A stretch of DNA of 64,000 bases from Zootoca vivipara (lineage: Eukaryota), in NCBI RefSeq assembly GCF_963506605.1, contig NC_083279.1:17236001-17300000 (forward strand), in the 5' to 3' direction. This document shows, in pieces, positions 25,860 through 35,017 of this stretch. The position numbers were made by a program, and so were the translations under genes. Below the pieces are notes generated by a model. It saw nothing but the letters and a program-made list of their open reading frames with translations, made no database searches and was not told the DNA's origin. The stretch's first letter is position 1, and the number at the start of each line of letters is the position of its first letter.

Positions 25860-26768
25860 CTACGCGCGAATATACCTTTTGTACGCATTCGATTTCCACC
25901 TCCCCAAGTCCTGAATTCTTTCGGATGAGAGGCCCAGATGCATGGCTGACGTAGCCGCGCCAATCCTAAAGGAGTGTGCAGAGAATTCATTGGGATTATA
26001 GCCGCAGGAGGCAATGGCCTTGCGCAGAACCCTAGTAAATTGGTGGCGGGTGAGCCTAGCGCTATCCTGGTGGATCAGCAATGGACCTGGGCCGGGGGGC
26101 CGGAGATAAAGATACCGTCTGGTATCTTTAACCGGACATGGACCCGGGGAACCAGTGGCGGGGAGCTTAATAGTCGCGCCCCTTCCCCTCTGGTCCGTTT
26201 TGGAACACCGTATGAGCACCTGCATTTGGGAGTCAACCAGTGACACGTCCTGCATGAGAATGCCGCGTGTGATACCCTGGGGGGAGTCCTCACATACCAC
26301 CTCGCCCACTCTTAGCGCTCCAAAATATGCTATAGAAAAGGCTGCGGAGAAAAGGCGCGCCTCAAATTTGGACCAACAGAGGGACCTCAACTGCCTGTGT
26401 ACCTGAGCCAACATGTCAAAGGTAATGGGACGCCTGGGGTCGCTGACAGGCGGCTGGAGCCTGCGCCAGCCCTCCATAGCCCTACGCAAATGGAAATTGT
26501 CACACGGGTCTGTAAAATAGAGTGCTTTTGAGAAGAATGTGATGGCTGCTGTGTGAATGTTAAGAGTCCTTGGTGCGCGCCCCAGGTTCCTCAAGTGCAC
26601 TACATACTGCATGACCTCCTCCGGGGAAGGTGGGGCCCGAAGGGGAGCAGAGGTCTGTCTCTGCCTGAACGTAGTGAAGTCTGACCAAGCCCGTTTATAC
26701 GAGCTCAGTGTAGACGGGGCAACGGAAGCTAATACTCCCTTTAGGATCTCTCGCTCCCAAGGTTCCAT
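25860..26768 (-). CDS. Tyrosine recombinase (YR)
   Basis: Catalytic motifs GALRVGE (R), SKTDQ (K), HSFRIG (HxxR), LGRWKSNAYKRY (W, Y); ATG start. Confidence 0.95.
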   Translation of the reverse strand: MEPWEREILKGVLASVAPSTLSSYKRAWSDFTTFRQRQTSAPLRAPPSPEEVMQYVVHLRNLGRAPRTLNIHTAAITFFSKALYFTDPCDNFHLRRAMEGWRRLQPPVSDPRRPITFDMLAQVHRQLRSLCWSKFEARLFSAAFSIAYFGALRVGEVVCEDSPQGITRGILMQDVSLVDSQMQVLIRCSKTDQRGRGATIKLPATGSPGPCPVKDTRRYLYLRPPGPGPLLIHQDSARLTRHQFTRVLRKAIASCGYNPNEFSAHSFRIGAATSAMHLGLSSERIQDLGRWKSNAYKRYIRA

Positions 26769-28588
26769 AGCTGTTCCGGGAACGGCTCCGGCGACTGGCT
26801 TGCCTCCGGTGCCAACGATCGGAAGCGATCCATCTGGAAGCGAGACAGAGCATCTGCGATATTATTATTGACCCCTGGCACAAATTTGGCAGAAAAATGC
26901 ATATTCAACTGCAAACTGAGTAACACGAAGTGGCGTAGGAGGGAGGACACCCTCGTCGACCGCGTGGATTGCCGAGATAGAACGCTGACCACCGCCTGGT
27001 TGTCGGTTCTGAAGCAGACCCGCCGGTTCCTGAAATCCTCGGACCATAGGTGTACGGCTACTACTATGGGAAAGAATTCTAAGAATGTTAAGTCGCGTGT
27101 GATGTCTGTACCCTGCCAGCTGGCCGGCCAGCGCTGCGAGCACCATTTACCTCTGAAGTAGACCCCGAAACCCAAAGCACCTGCCGCATCGGATTGCACT
27201 TGGAAATCGGCCCGCAGCAACATGGTGTCCTGCCATAGTGACACCCCGTTGTAGCTCTCCAGAAACATCAGCCAGGATTCAAGGTCGGCCCTGACCCCGC
27301 AGGGGAGGCGCTTCCTATGATAAGGTTTGGTTAAGCCCACCGTGAGCCTAGCTAAGCGCCGGCAGAATGGGCGACCCGGTGAAATAACCCTGCAAGCAAA
27401 GTTGAGGTGCCCTAGCAGTGATTGCATTTGTCTAAGGGTAAGTTTTTTAAGGGGAATGAGTTGCCTAATGGTCTCTTTGAGGGCGAGTAGTTTATCAGAC
27501 GGCAGGCGTGAGGTTTGTGCGACCGTGTCCAGTTCTATGCCCAAGTACGTAAGGCGTGAGACGGGCCCTTCGGTTTTTTCGGCAGCCAGTGGAACCCCTA
27601 ACTCCTCTGCGAGAGCTGAGAAGGCCCGCATAAGGCCTGCACACTCGGAACTGCGAGCCCCAGCCACGAAGAGAAAGTCATCCAGATAATGCGAGACCCC
27701 TGGAAGGCCTGTCCTGAAGCGCAGGGCCCAGTCCAGGAATGTGCTAAAGGCCTCAAATGCGGCACATGCCACGGAGCAACCCATCGGCATGGCCTTGTCA
27801 ATGAAATATGCCTCATTGAATCTGAAACCCAACCATTTATAGTCCTGCGGGTGAACAGGGAGTAGGCGAAATGCTGATTCGATGTCACATTTCGCCATTA
27901 ACGCCCCCTTGCCAAATTGCCTCACTAACTTCACCGCCTGATCGAATGAGGCATATTTCACAGTGCACAGCTCCTGGGGTATTCCATCATTGACTGACCT
28001 GCCCATCGGGTGGGAAAGATTGTGTATGAGCCGGAATTCCCCGGGCGCCTTCTTGGGGACTATTCCCAATGGGGAGATGTGGAGATCAGGTATCGGTGGC
28101 GACGCGAACGGGCCAGCCACGCGTCCTGCTGAGATTTCCTTGTTAATTTTCTTAATGGCTATATCAGGCCTTTCCCTAATGGATTTTTGATTGGGGGGTT
28201 CACCCGTGCTAGGTGGGGTACGCACGGGAATACGGAAACCTGTTGAAAACCCTTCCCACAGGTATTTTGCTGCATCTCTATTGGGGTAACAGTCAAGCAG
28301 TAGTTTCAGAGGGTGAAGCTTTACAGGGGAGTGGGCCAGGGCGAGTGATCTATTAGTATTTATTAGTCCCCGAGATTGATCCCTGGGGGGCACCTGAGGT
28401 ATTTCTGGGGCCCTGGTGCGAGTTGCCCCTGGCGCCACGAAAGGACTGCCTCCCCTTAAAACACGAAACTCCCGGGTGCTGACCCAAACACTTTTCGCAT
28501 TCGTGGGAGTACTTACAGTTGGGTCGCTGACAAAGGCCCTTGTTATATTCCCAGCAAACCCTGCGTCGCGGGTCCCTCTTGTGCTCAA
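26741..28588 (-). CDS. Reverse transcriptase and RNase H (pol)
   Basis: KCDIESAFR, MPMG and YLDD RT motifs; RNase H motifs SDAAG, LEFFP, TDNQ, IADALSR; true start unclear. Confidence 0.95.
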   Translation of the reverse strand: MSTRGTRDAGFAGNITRAFVSDPTVSTPTNAKSVWVSTREFRVLRGGSPFVAPGATRTRAPEIPQVPPRDQSRGLINTNRSLALAHSPVKLHPLKLLLDCYPNRDAAKYLWEGFSTGFRIPVRTPPSTGEPPNQKSIRERPDIAIKKINKEISAGRVAGPFASPPIPDLHISPLGIVPKKAPGEFRLIHNLSHPMGRSVNDGIPQELCTVKYASFDQAVKLVRQFGKGALMAKCDIESAFRLLPVHPQDYKWLGFRFNEAYFIDKAMPMGCSVACAAFEAFSTFLDWALRFRTGLPGVSHYLDDFLFVAGARSSECAGLMRAFSALAEELGVPLAAEKTEGPVSRLTYLGIELDTVAQTSRLPSDKLLALKETIRQLIPLKKLTLRQMQSLLGHLNFACRVISPGRPFCRRLARLTVGLTKPYHRKRLPCGVRADLESWLMFLESYNGVSLWQDTMLLRADFQVQSDAAGALGFGVYFRGKWCSQRWPASWQGTDITRDLTFLEFFPIVVAVHLWSEDFRNRRVCFRTDNQAVVSVLSRQSTRSTRVSSLLRHFVLLSLQLNMHFSAKFVPGVNNNIADALSRFQMDRFRSLAPEASQSPEPFPEQLWNLGSERS

Positions 28589-29852
28589 ACCTGGTGGACC
28601 TAGGTGGATCCGTATGTTTCCTTTCTACATATGGGACTACGTGATTGCTCCAAAAATGCTGGTGGCGCTGATCCCACCTGGTTTTGGGGTTTTGCGAAGC
28701 ATTCCGACGGAAGTCTTCATCGTAATTCAGCGCTGCCGCCTCCCCGGCCATCCTGTAGGCCATCCTAACATCAGCTATGTAGGCCATAAGGTGCATGGCC
28801 CTTTTTGGATAAGCAGCTGTTATCACTGCAATCCAAATATGCATTCCATCCAGCCAATTCTCGAACGTGCGGTCAGCCCGCGGCGTCCTATGCCTGCGCC
28901 TACCATACTCCTTTCTCTTTTCGCCCTTTCCCAGCGTATGGGACAATGGTAAGAGGGTGAAAATGTCTATAAAATCACCATTCAAGATTTTTTCCCTTGT
29001 TTTATTTGATAAATGGGATCCCAGAATGATATCCGTGTCTGAGTTGGTAGAATACTTTGAGTCCGGTATCAAAGCACCATCCCTCCACTCTAACGTCCCC
29101 TTGAAACCCTTACGGTGGGTGCTGGCTCTCCTCTTATGCACCCACAAAGGAAGACCCATCTGATCCTCTGCAATCCCCCAATAATCCTCCATTGGGATCT
29201 CCTCATCCGAATCGGACGTACCTGAGTCATAGGAGTCGTCATCCTTAGCTCTCTTACGCTTGTTGGTTTTCTTCTTCGCCTTTCCGCTCCGCTGACGCTC
29301 TTCTCCGTCCCGCGACGCCGCTTCGCCACTTCCCGCCGGCCTGGAGTTGTCATCGTCCCCCGATGTATCGGAACCCCCAGCTTCCCTTTGCGCCACTGGT
29401 TGCACAGGCTGGGCCCCTGGGAGACCTGCAATAGACTGTGAGGACTGCCCGGGCGAACCTGCTGCTTGAGCCCCGGCCCCCAGGCTATGGGCATCGGGAG
29501 CATTAGATCGCGCCTTCTGCCCCCGTGTCCGTGGGGCCTGGCTCGCAACGCTTCCAGGCTCGGAGCTAGAGCTGGCGAATAAGGAAGCCGAGGTGCCCGG
29601 CGATCCGCCCTCTGAAAAATAAGTATCTAAGATACAATCCTGAGACTCGGCAGGCTCGACCTGGGACTCACGAGGATCATCCTGCGTGGCCTCAGCTGCG
29701 GGGGCCAAAGATTTTGCAATGGCCGCCAGCTGTTTGCAAACATCCAGCTGGGTCTTCTGAAGCGTGGAGACCACACGTACCAAGGCCTCAGTCTTGTCCT
29801 GAGCTGCAGGAGTCTTGGAGGGGGCCGAACCTCGCACACGCTTGGGTGCCAT
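28353..29852 (-). CDS. Gag-like ORF1 (first ATG at 29852, MAPKR...)
   Basis: N-terminal amphipathic helix, basic NLS-like KAKKKTNKRKRAK, C-terminal Cys/His cluster CWEYNKGLCQRPNCKYSHECEKCLGQHPGVSC typical of YR-retrotransposon gag. Confidence 0.85.
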   Translation of the reverse strand: MAPKRVRGSAPSKTPAAQDKTEALVRVVSTLQKTQLDVCKQLAAIAKSLAPAAEATQDDPRESQVEPAESQDCILDTYFSEGGSPGTSASLFASSSSEPGSVASQAPRTRGQKARSNAPDAHSLGAGAQAAGSPGQSSQSIAGLPGAQPVQPVAQREAGGSDTSGDDDNSRPAGSGEAASRDGEERQRSGKAKKKTNKRKRAKDDDSYDSGTSDSDEEIPMEDYWGIAEDQMGLPLWVHKRRASTHRKGFKGTLEWRDGALIPDSKYSTNSDTDIILGSHLSNKTREKILNGDFIDIFTLLPLSHTLGKGEKRKEYGRRRHRTPRADRTFENWLDGMHIWIAVITAAYPKRAMHLMAYIADVRMAYRMAGEAAALNYDEDFRRNASQNPKTRWDQRHQHFWSNHVVPYVERKHTDPPRSTRFEHKRDPRRRVCWEYNKGLCQRPNCKYSHECEKCLGQHPGVSCFKGRQSFRGARGNSHQGPRNTSGAPQGSISGTNKY

Positions 29853-30184
29853 TATCAGGTTGTAGCCAAACACTATTCAGTATTATTATTATAATTATTT
29901 ATAATTTGCTTATTTATTTATTATTATTACCCTGTTTACCTCTATATATTATTATTTATAATTATATAATTATTTTATTTATATCTTAGTTTATTTTAGA
30001 TATATAATTATACGGGCTTATAATTGTCAGGTTACCGGTTTAATGCTATTATAATGTATTATTGCTAAGCCTCACCACAGGGGGGACGAATGAGCTATGT
30101 ATATAAGCGAAAGACAAGTCCCAAGTCGCTAAGCTCAGCAAAAACTTTTTGGCCTCCGCTGAACAGATCGCCTATAATGCCTCG

Positions 30185-30510
30185 GCAGCGGGTTGGACTG
30201 GATGACCCTTGTGGTCTCCTCCAACTCTATGATTCTATGACCCTAATCGATTGCTCCCTGGATAAGCCACTCGCCCGCACACAGCTAAATGCTTTGCAGA
30301 GGGTTGTTCTGGAAGGCCCCCGTGGACTCTTCCAGCTCTTATGATTCTATGATTCTATGTTTATAATTAGTTGTTCCAAAATTCCACTGGCCAGCACTCA
30401 GCTAATGCTTGGCGAGGGGGTTGGACTGGATGGCCCCTGTGGCCTCCTCCGACTCTATGTTTCTATGGCTCTAATTTGTTGTTCGCAGATACACCACTGG
30501 CCACAGGCGC
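30185..30510 (+). repeat. Triplicated ~115-bp unit containing a CR1-type 3' tail, inside the Ngaro leader
   Basis: GGGTTGGACTGGATGACCC...CCAACTCTATGATTCTATG at ~30190, ~30301 and ~30417. Confidence 0.75.
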
Positions 30511-30699
30511 TGGCCTCAAGATGCCAATCAACTTTAACTAGCTTATTATATCTTAAAAATTAAGTTCCCTATGAAAAACTCGATTGTGTACTGTGAATAT
30601 TAACTAGTAAAACCCAGCCAGCCGATAGGGTGCACTAGTCCACCAGACACCACAGAAGTAAATAGCAGTAAATGTAGCCAGGCAGCACAAGTGGCCACT

Positions 30700-30980
30700 C
30701 TCAAGATGGCCGCTGAAGAAGGGACAGTGTTTGCCCACACCTAAAATGGCTGCCGGGACAGGGTTTGCCAACACCTAAAATGGCTGCTGGGACTGAGTCT
30801 GCCCACACCCAAAATGGCTGCCGGGACTGGGTTTGCCCCCACCTAAAATGGCTGCTGGGACTGAGTCTGCCCACACCCAAAATGGCTGCCGGGACTGGGT
30901 TTGCCCCCACCTAAAATGGCTGCTGGGACTGAGTTTGCCCACACCTAAAATGGCTGCCGGGACACCTAAGATGGCTGCCG
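30700..30980. repeat. 34-bp minisatellite (~8 units) in the Ngaro leader
   Basis: AAAATGGCTGC at 30743, 30777, 30811, 30845, 30879, 30913 and 30947. Confidence 0.9.
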
Positions 30981-31611
30981 GCAGGAGTACTCACACGTGC
31001 CCTTCTTAAAATGGCGGCTGAAGAAAGGACAGGGGCTTGCCCTTAACCAAAATGGCTGCCGGACAGGATCACAACAAACAGATAAGTAACAAGAGCCGAA
31101 GCAAAGCAACCTAAACAGGGTATACGTGGCCGGCAAAGTAAACAAGCATGGAAAACTAACCACAGCCGTAGCAAAACAATATACACCGTAAGCAGGACGC
31201 CCACCACCCGATTCCAGGGGATAAGGCAAGGAACCACCAGGAACTATGACGGGGGGGGGGGCCCACGTTCACTCACCCAGCTGTACCGCGAAGAAAACAG
31301 ATCCAAGGTACGAGGGGGAGAGGGCGGCAGCCGCCTCCGCTCTTAGCCACCCAGCGAGCTTGCCAGCAGGAAAAACAAGAGGGCAGCAGGAATCCGCGGC
31401 GGATGGGGTGCTCCTCTCGGCTGCGAAAGCCCCAGCGCTCCCTCGGTGGTTAACTGCTTTCAGGCTGCAGCTGAGTGTCGTATATCCCCGGCGCTGCACC
31501 TCCGTGAACAGCTGGTAAAACAGCGAGGCCCCGAAGGACAACCAAAAACAAGCTAACTGGAACAGCGAGGCACTACAGGAAATAAGGACGGAAAAGCGCG
31601 ACAAGCTATGC

Positions 31612-31834
31612 TGAACTGTTCGCTCCGGCGAACAAGGGGAAAAGAGGTCGGCTTCCCGCCTGCGGGGAGCTTTAAAACTGCCGGCTCCGCCCCGACCATT
31701 CTCATTGGCTGGTCGGGGATGACGCAGGCGGGAAGCCACCAACGCGTAGGGGCTGAACTTGCAGCCCCTACGCGGTGGTGCAGTCGGTCGGCCCACAACG
31801 CCGCTTCCGTCGCAGGCGCGGAAGCGGCTTTGTG
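31612..31834 (-). repeat. Split direct repeat A1 (5' terminus)
   Basis: Identical by eye to A2. Confidence 0.95.
31668..31730 (-). promoter_or_regulatory. Putative Pol II promoter in repeat A
   Basis: Minus-strand order TGCGTCA (CRE-like), CCAAT, GGGGCGG (GC box), TTTAAA (TATA-like), pointing towards gag; duplicated in A2. Confidence 0.5.
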
Positions 31835-31940
31835 ACCCCATGGACCAGAGCACACCAGGCACTCCTGTCTTCCACTGCCTCCTGCAGTTTGGTCAGACTC
31901 ATGTTGGTGGCTTCGAGAACACTGTCCAACCATCTCGTCC
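31828..31940 (-). mobile_element. BovB fragment, right half of the Ngaro target
   Basis: GTGACCCCATGGACCAGAGCACACCAGGCAC... continues collinearly with 45203-45311. Confidence 0.85.
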
Positions 31941-32445
31941 TTTAATTCACATTTTGGTAATTACAAATGACTCAGTTATGAGAGTGTTTCTCAGATTGTA
32001 CTTCAATTAAGGTCATGGGAATTCATATAAAATAAATTCTGAAGGGGGGGAATGTTAAATAATGAACAGCACTTGTGGGTTTTTTAAAAAATCCATTGTG
32101 CTGCTAATTAGCTAAAGTTCATGTCTCCTGACTACAAATCAGGGAAGACTTTACTGACTTGATCAGTTGAATAAAGGAACCAGAGAGCTGTGGTGTTTTG
32201 TTTTGAAACACAAATGCTGTGCTTCCAATGATACTTACTGGGATAATTTGTACTAAAGGAGTTACTGACCACGTTTCTTAAACTAGAAAACATGCACTCT
32301 CTGATCCAGCTAGTCCCTTGCTGGATGTTGAATGATATACACAGAGGTGGGGCCAATAATGTAGAACACTTTTTGTAGGATTATATACATTTCTGTAGAC
32401 TTGTTTTATCAATAACTCTCAGTCATTATAACCGTGGACTCTTAT

Positions 32446-32673
32446 ACAGTGATACCTCGGGTTACAGACGCTTCAGGTTACAGACTCCACTAACCCATAA
32501 ATAGTACCTCAGGTTAAGAACTTTGTTTCAGAATGAGAACAGAAATCGTGCTCCGGCGGCGCGGCGGCGTCGGGAGGCCCCATTAGCTAAAGTGGTACTA
32601 CAGGTTAAGAACAGTTGCAGCTTAAGAACAGACCTCCGGAATGAATTAAGTTCTTAACCTGAGGTTACCACTG
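32446..32673. mobile_element. Tc1/mariner-type MITE
   Basis: TA-CAGTGATACCTCGGGTT ... AACCTGAGGTTACCACTG-TA. Confidence 0.75.
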
Positions 32674-33493
32674 TATGTCTTCAGAAACTTCAGAGACATC
32701 CAGTAGCTGGAAAAAAAAATATTGGACTAGACAATGCTTTTTTTTTCCTCTTAAAAAATGTTTAGGGTTACTCTCATTTTCCTACTCATATTGAAATACT
32801 GCCTCTCAATGGGGCCAAACTTATATTCAGAAAATGTATAGGGGTATGCATACCCCTGTGCCCCCCCCCGAAAGAAAAGCACTGGGACTAGATGAACTTA
32901 GTCATATTGTTCCAGCTAGCAAAACAATATTCAGCAAGGTGACCAATAATGCAATCTCAAAAGCCAGATCTCACCATGTCTGCATTAAATCACCAGGTTC
33001 TGCCAGCCTTCATCCATATTCCAGTAGTAGAGGTGCATTTGATGGGGTGGAGCCAGAGTGTCACCCTCTGACCCTGGTGTCACTCATGCCCCATCCCTGT
33101 CCAGGAAAGCAGCAGTGATCTCAGTATCGAGAGCAGTTCTGCCCCCACCAGACATGCTGATACTGTCATGTTCCATTAGACTGGAACTTCTCTCCACTCT
33201 TGACGTGTCGATTCATTCTGGGTTCCAATTCTGCCACTCCAGATTTCTCCTGCCTATGACCTTGACCTGCTAAGTTCTACTCTGGCTCCTCATGCCTTTC
33301 ACTAGCCAAAATGGACTAAGACAAAATTACCCCCAGAACTTCACAACCCTTCTTGAACAGTGTGAAGCTGGGGGTGACATTTTGGCGACTAGGCGGGCAC
33401 CAAGTCAAGGGAGATAAAACTCTCCAGAACCTTGGTATGTGGTGCTGCTTTTTATCCTTGACATCATCATTGCTGCCAGGACCAAGATCATAA

Positions 33494-33494
<1 letters not shown>

Positions 33495-33543
<49 letters not shown>
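33495..33543. repeat. (TA)n microsatellite
   Basis: Seen directly. Confidence 0.95.
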
Positions 33544-33546
<3 letters not shown>

Positions 33547-33867
33547 CGCGGGGGGTACGCGGGGGGTAGGGGGGAAGAGCTTCATGAAATCTTTTGCTAA
33601 CCTTCAATTTCACCAAACCTTTTCTAAAAACCTTTGGCTCAGGCCTAGAAGTAAAAATATAGCAACCCAAGATGAAACTTGAACTGATTCAAGAAGGCAT
33701 TACTTATATTTGAATGGGTTTCATTTTATTTTATTTTTAAAAACAACTTTAACAACTTATTTAATATTGAGGATCACAAATGGGGGTATTGCTATTTATT
33801 TATTTTTTGGGGGGAGAGAAATCTTCACAGAATTATGCTTGAGAAGAATGCTTTTCCAAGAATATTT

Positions 33868-33869
<2 letters not shown>

Positions 33870-33914
<45 letters not shown>

Positions 33915-34258
33915 TTTTATTTATACCCTGCCCATCTGGCTGGGCCTCCCCAGCCACTCTGGGCAGGATCCAACTGAATATTAAAAACAATACAGCATCA
34001 AACAATAAAAACTTCCCTAAACAGGGCCACCTCCAGTTGTCTTTTAAAAGTAAACTAGTTGCTTATTGCCTTGACATCTGCTGGGAGGGTGTTCCACAGG
34101 GTGGGCGCCACTACCAAGAAGGCCCTCTGCCTGGTTCCCTGTAACCTCACTTCTCACAGTGAGTGAACTCCCAGAAGGCCTCGGTGCTGGACCTCAGTGT
34201 CTGGGCTGGACAATGGGGGTGGAGATGCTCCTTCAGGTATACTGGACCGAGGCCGTTT
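33870..34258 (-). mobile_element. L2-like LINE 3' fragment with (AAT)n tail
   Basis: Reverse complement of 54285-54640. Confidence 0.7.
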
Positions 34259-34666
34259 AATTAGAATTCATGATGGAGAGCAGAAGCAGCGGTGTCATGC
34301 CGACTTCCGTGCAACCCATAAATATATGCACAATGGCATGTTTGTGCATTGAAAGCATCACTAACATCACCTATGTGTATGCAGAAGCATTGTACAAAGG
34401 TGTTATTGTTTTTGTGTATTAAAAATTTTCCGCTTCATAGCACTCCATGTTGTTTGATTGAAGCGCTCCTGATTTCTTTTATGTGTGCAGCAGAACATGA
34501 ACAATGCTGAAATTTAAAATGTGAATCTCATAATTTGTAGGCCTGCACATTTTGTGACCTTTCAATCAGATGCTTATATTTAAACAGTTGCCATATTATG
34601 TTGAAAACCTGCAGGAGAAGGCAATCAGTCGTAAAACACAACATAAAGGTAAAATAAGAAGCGCAC

Positions 34667-34799
34667 CTGTCCAATCGAAGTTTGCTTGATGCAAAATGTA
34701 ATTATTACGTTAGCATTAGTTTCACAACTTGCTGTGTTTTCTTCCTCCTGAGGTTGCACCATGAGCCTATCTTCCTTTGGAGATATATGGGATTCATTT
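34667..34799 (-). other. Candidate host exon, 133 nt
   Basis: Minus strand: CTAAC branch point, CTGCATTTATTTATTTAG| acceptor, ACAG|GTGCGC donor; one open frame (NESHISPKEDRLMVQPQEEE...) not recognised. Confidence 0.35.
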
Positions 34800-35017
34800 C
34801 TAAATAAATAAATGCAGGTTAGACTGAATATCAAGCAGGGAAGCTTGGAGCAGATATGGAATCCTTCTTAGATTCCCCTCAACCCAATGACAAATACTTT
34901 TATCTCGGTGCCACCCAAATCCTGAATCCCACTCAGCTGTGCCATGCTGAAAAATTCCACACCAAAGAAAATCCCCTGTGTTACAAAACAGAACACTCTG
35001 AACAACAACAAGAAATT

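Larger units (their letters stand above)
23928..31834 (-). mobile_element. Full-length Ngaro-type tyrosine-recombinase (DIRS order) retrotransposon with split direct repeats
   Basis: gag, RT/RNaseH, YR and SGNH hydrolase ORFs all open; repeats arranged A1...B1-A2-spacer-B2; no inverted termini and no methyltransferase domain. Confidence 0.95.

Noticed and set aside
25860-26768. Prophage or bacterial integrase contamination
   Set aside because: The YR is linked to gag and RT/RNaseH and is embedded in lizard repeats
30700-30980. CRISPR-like array
   Set aside because: Head-to-tail 34-bp units with no unique spacers, eukaryotic context and no cas genes; it is a minisatellite
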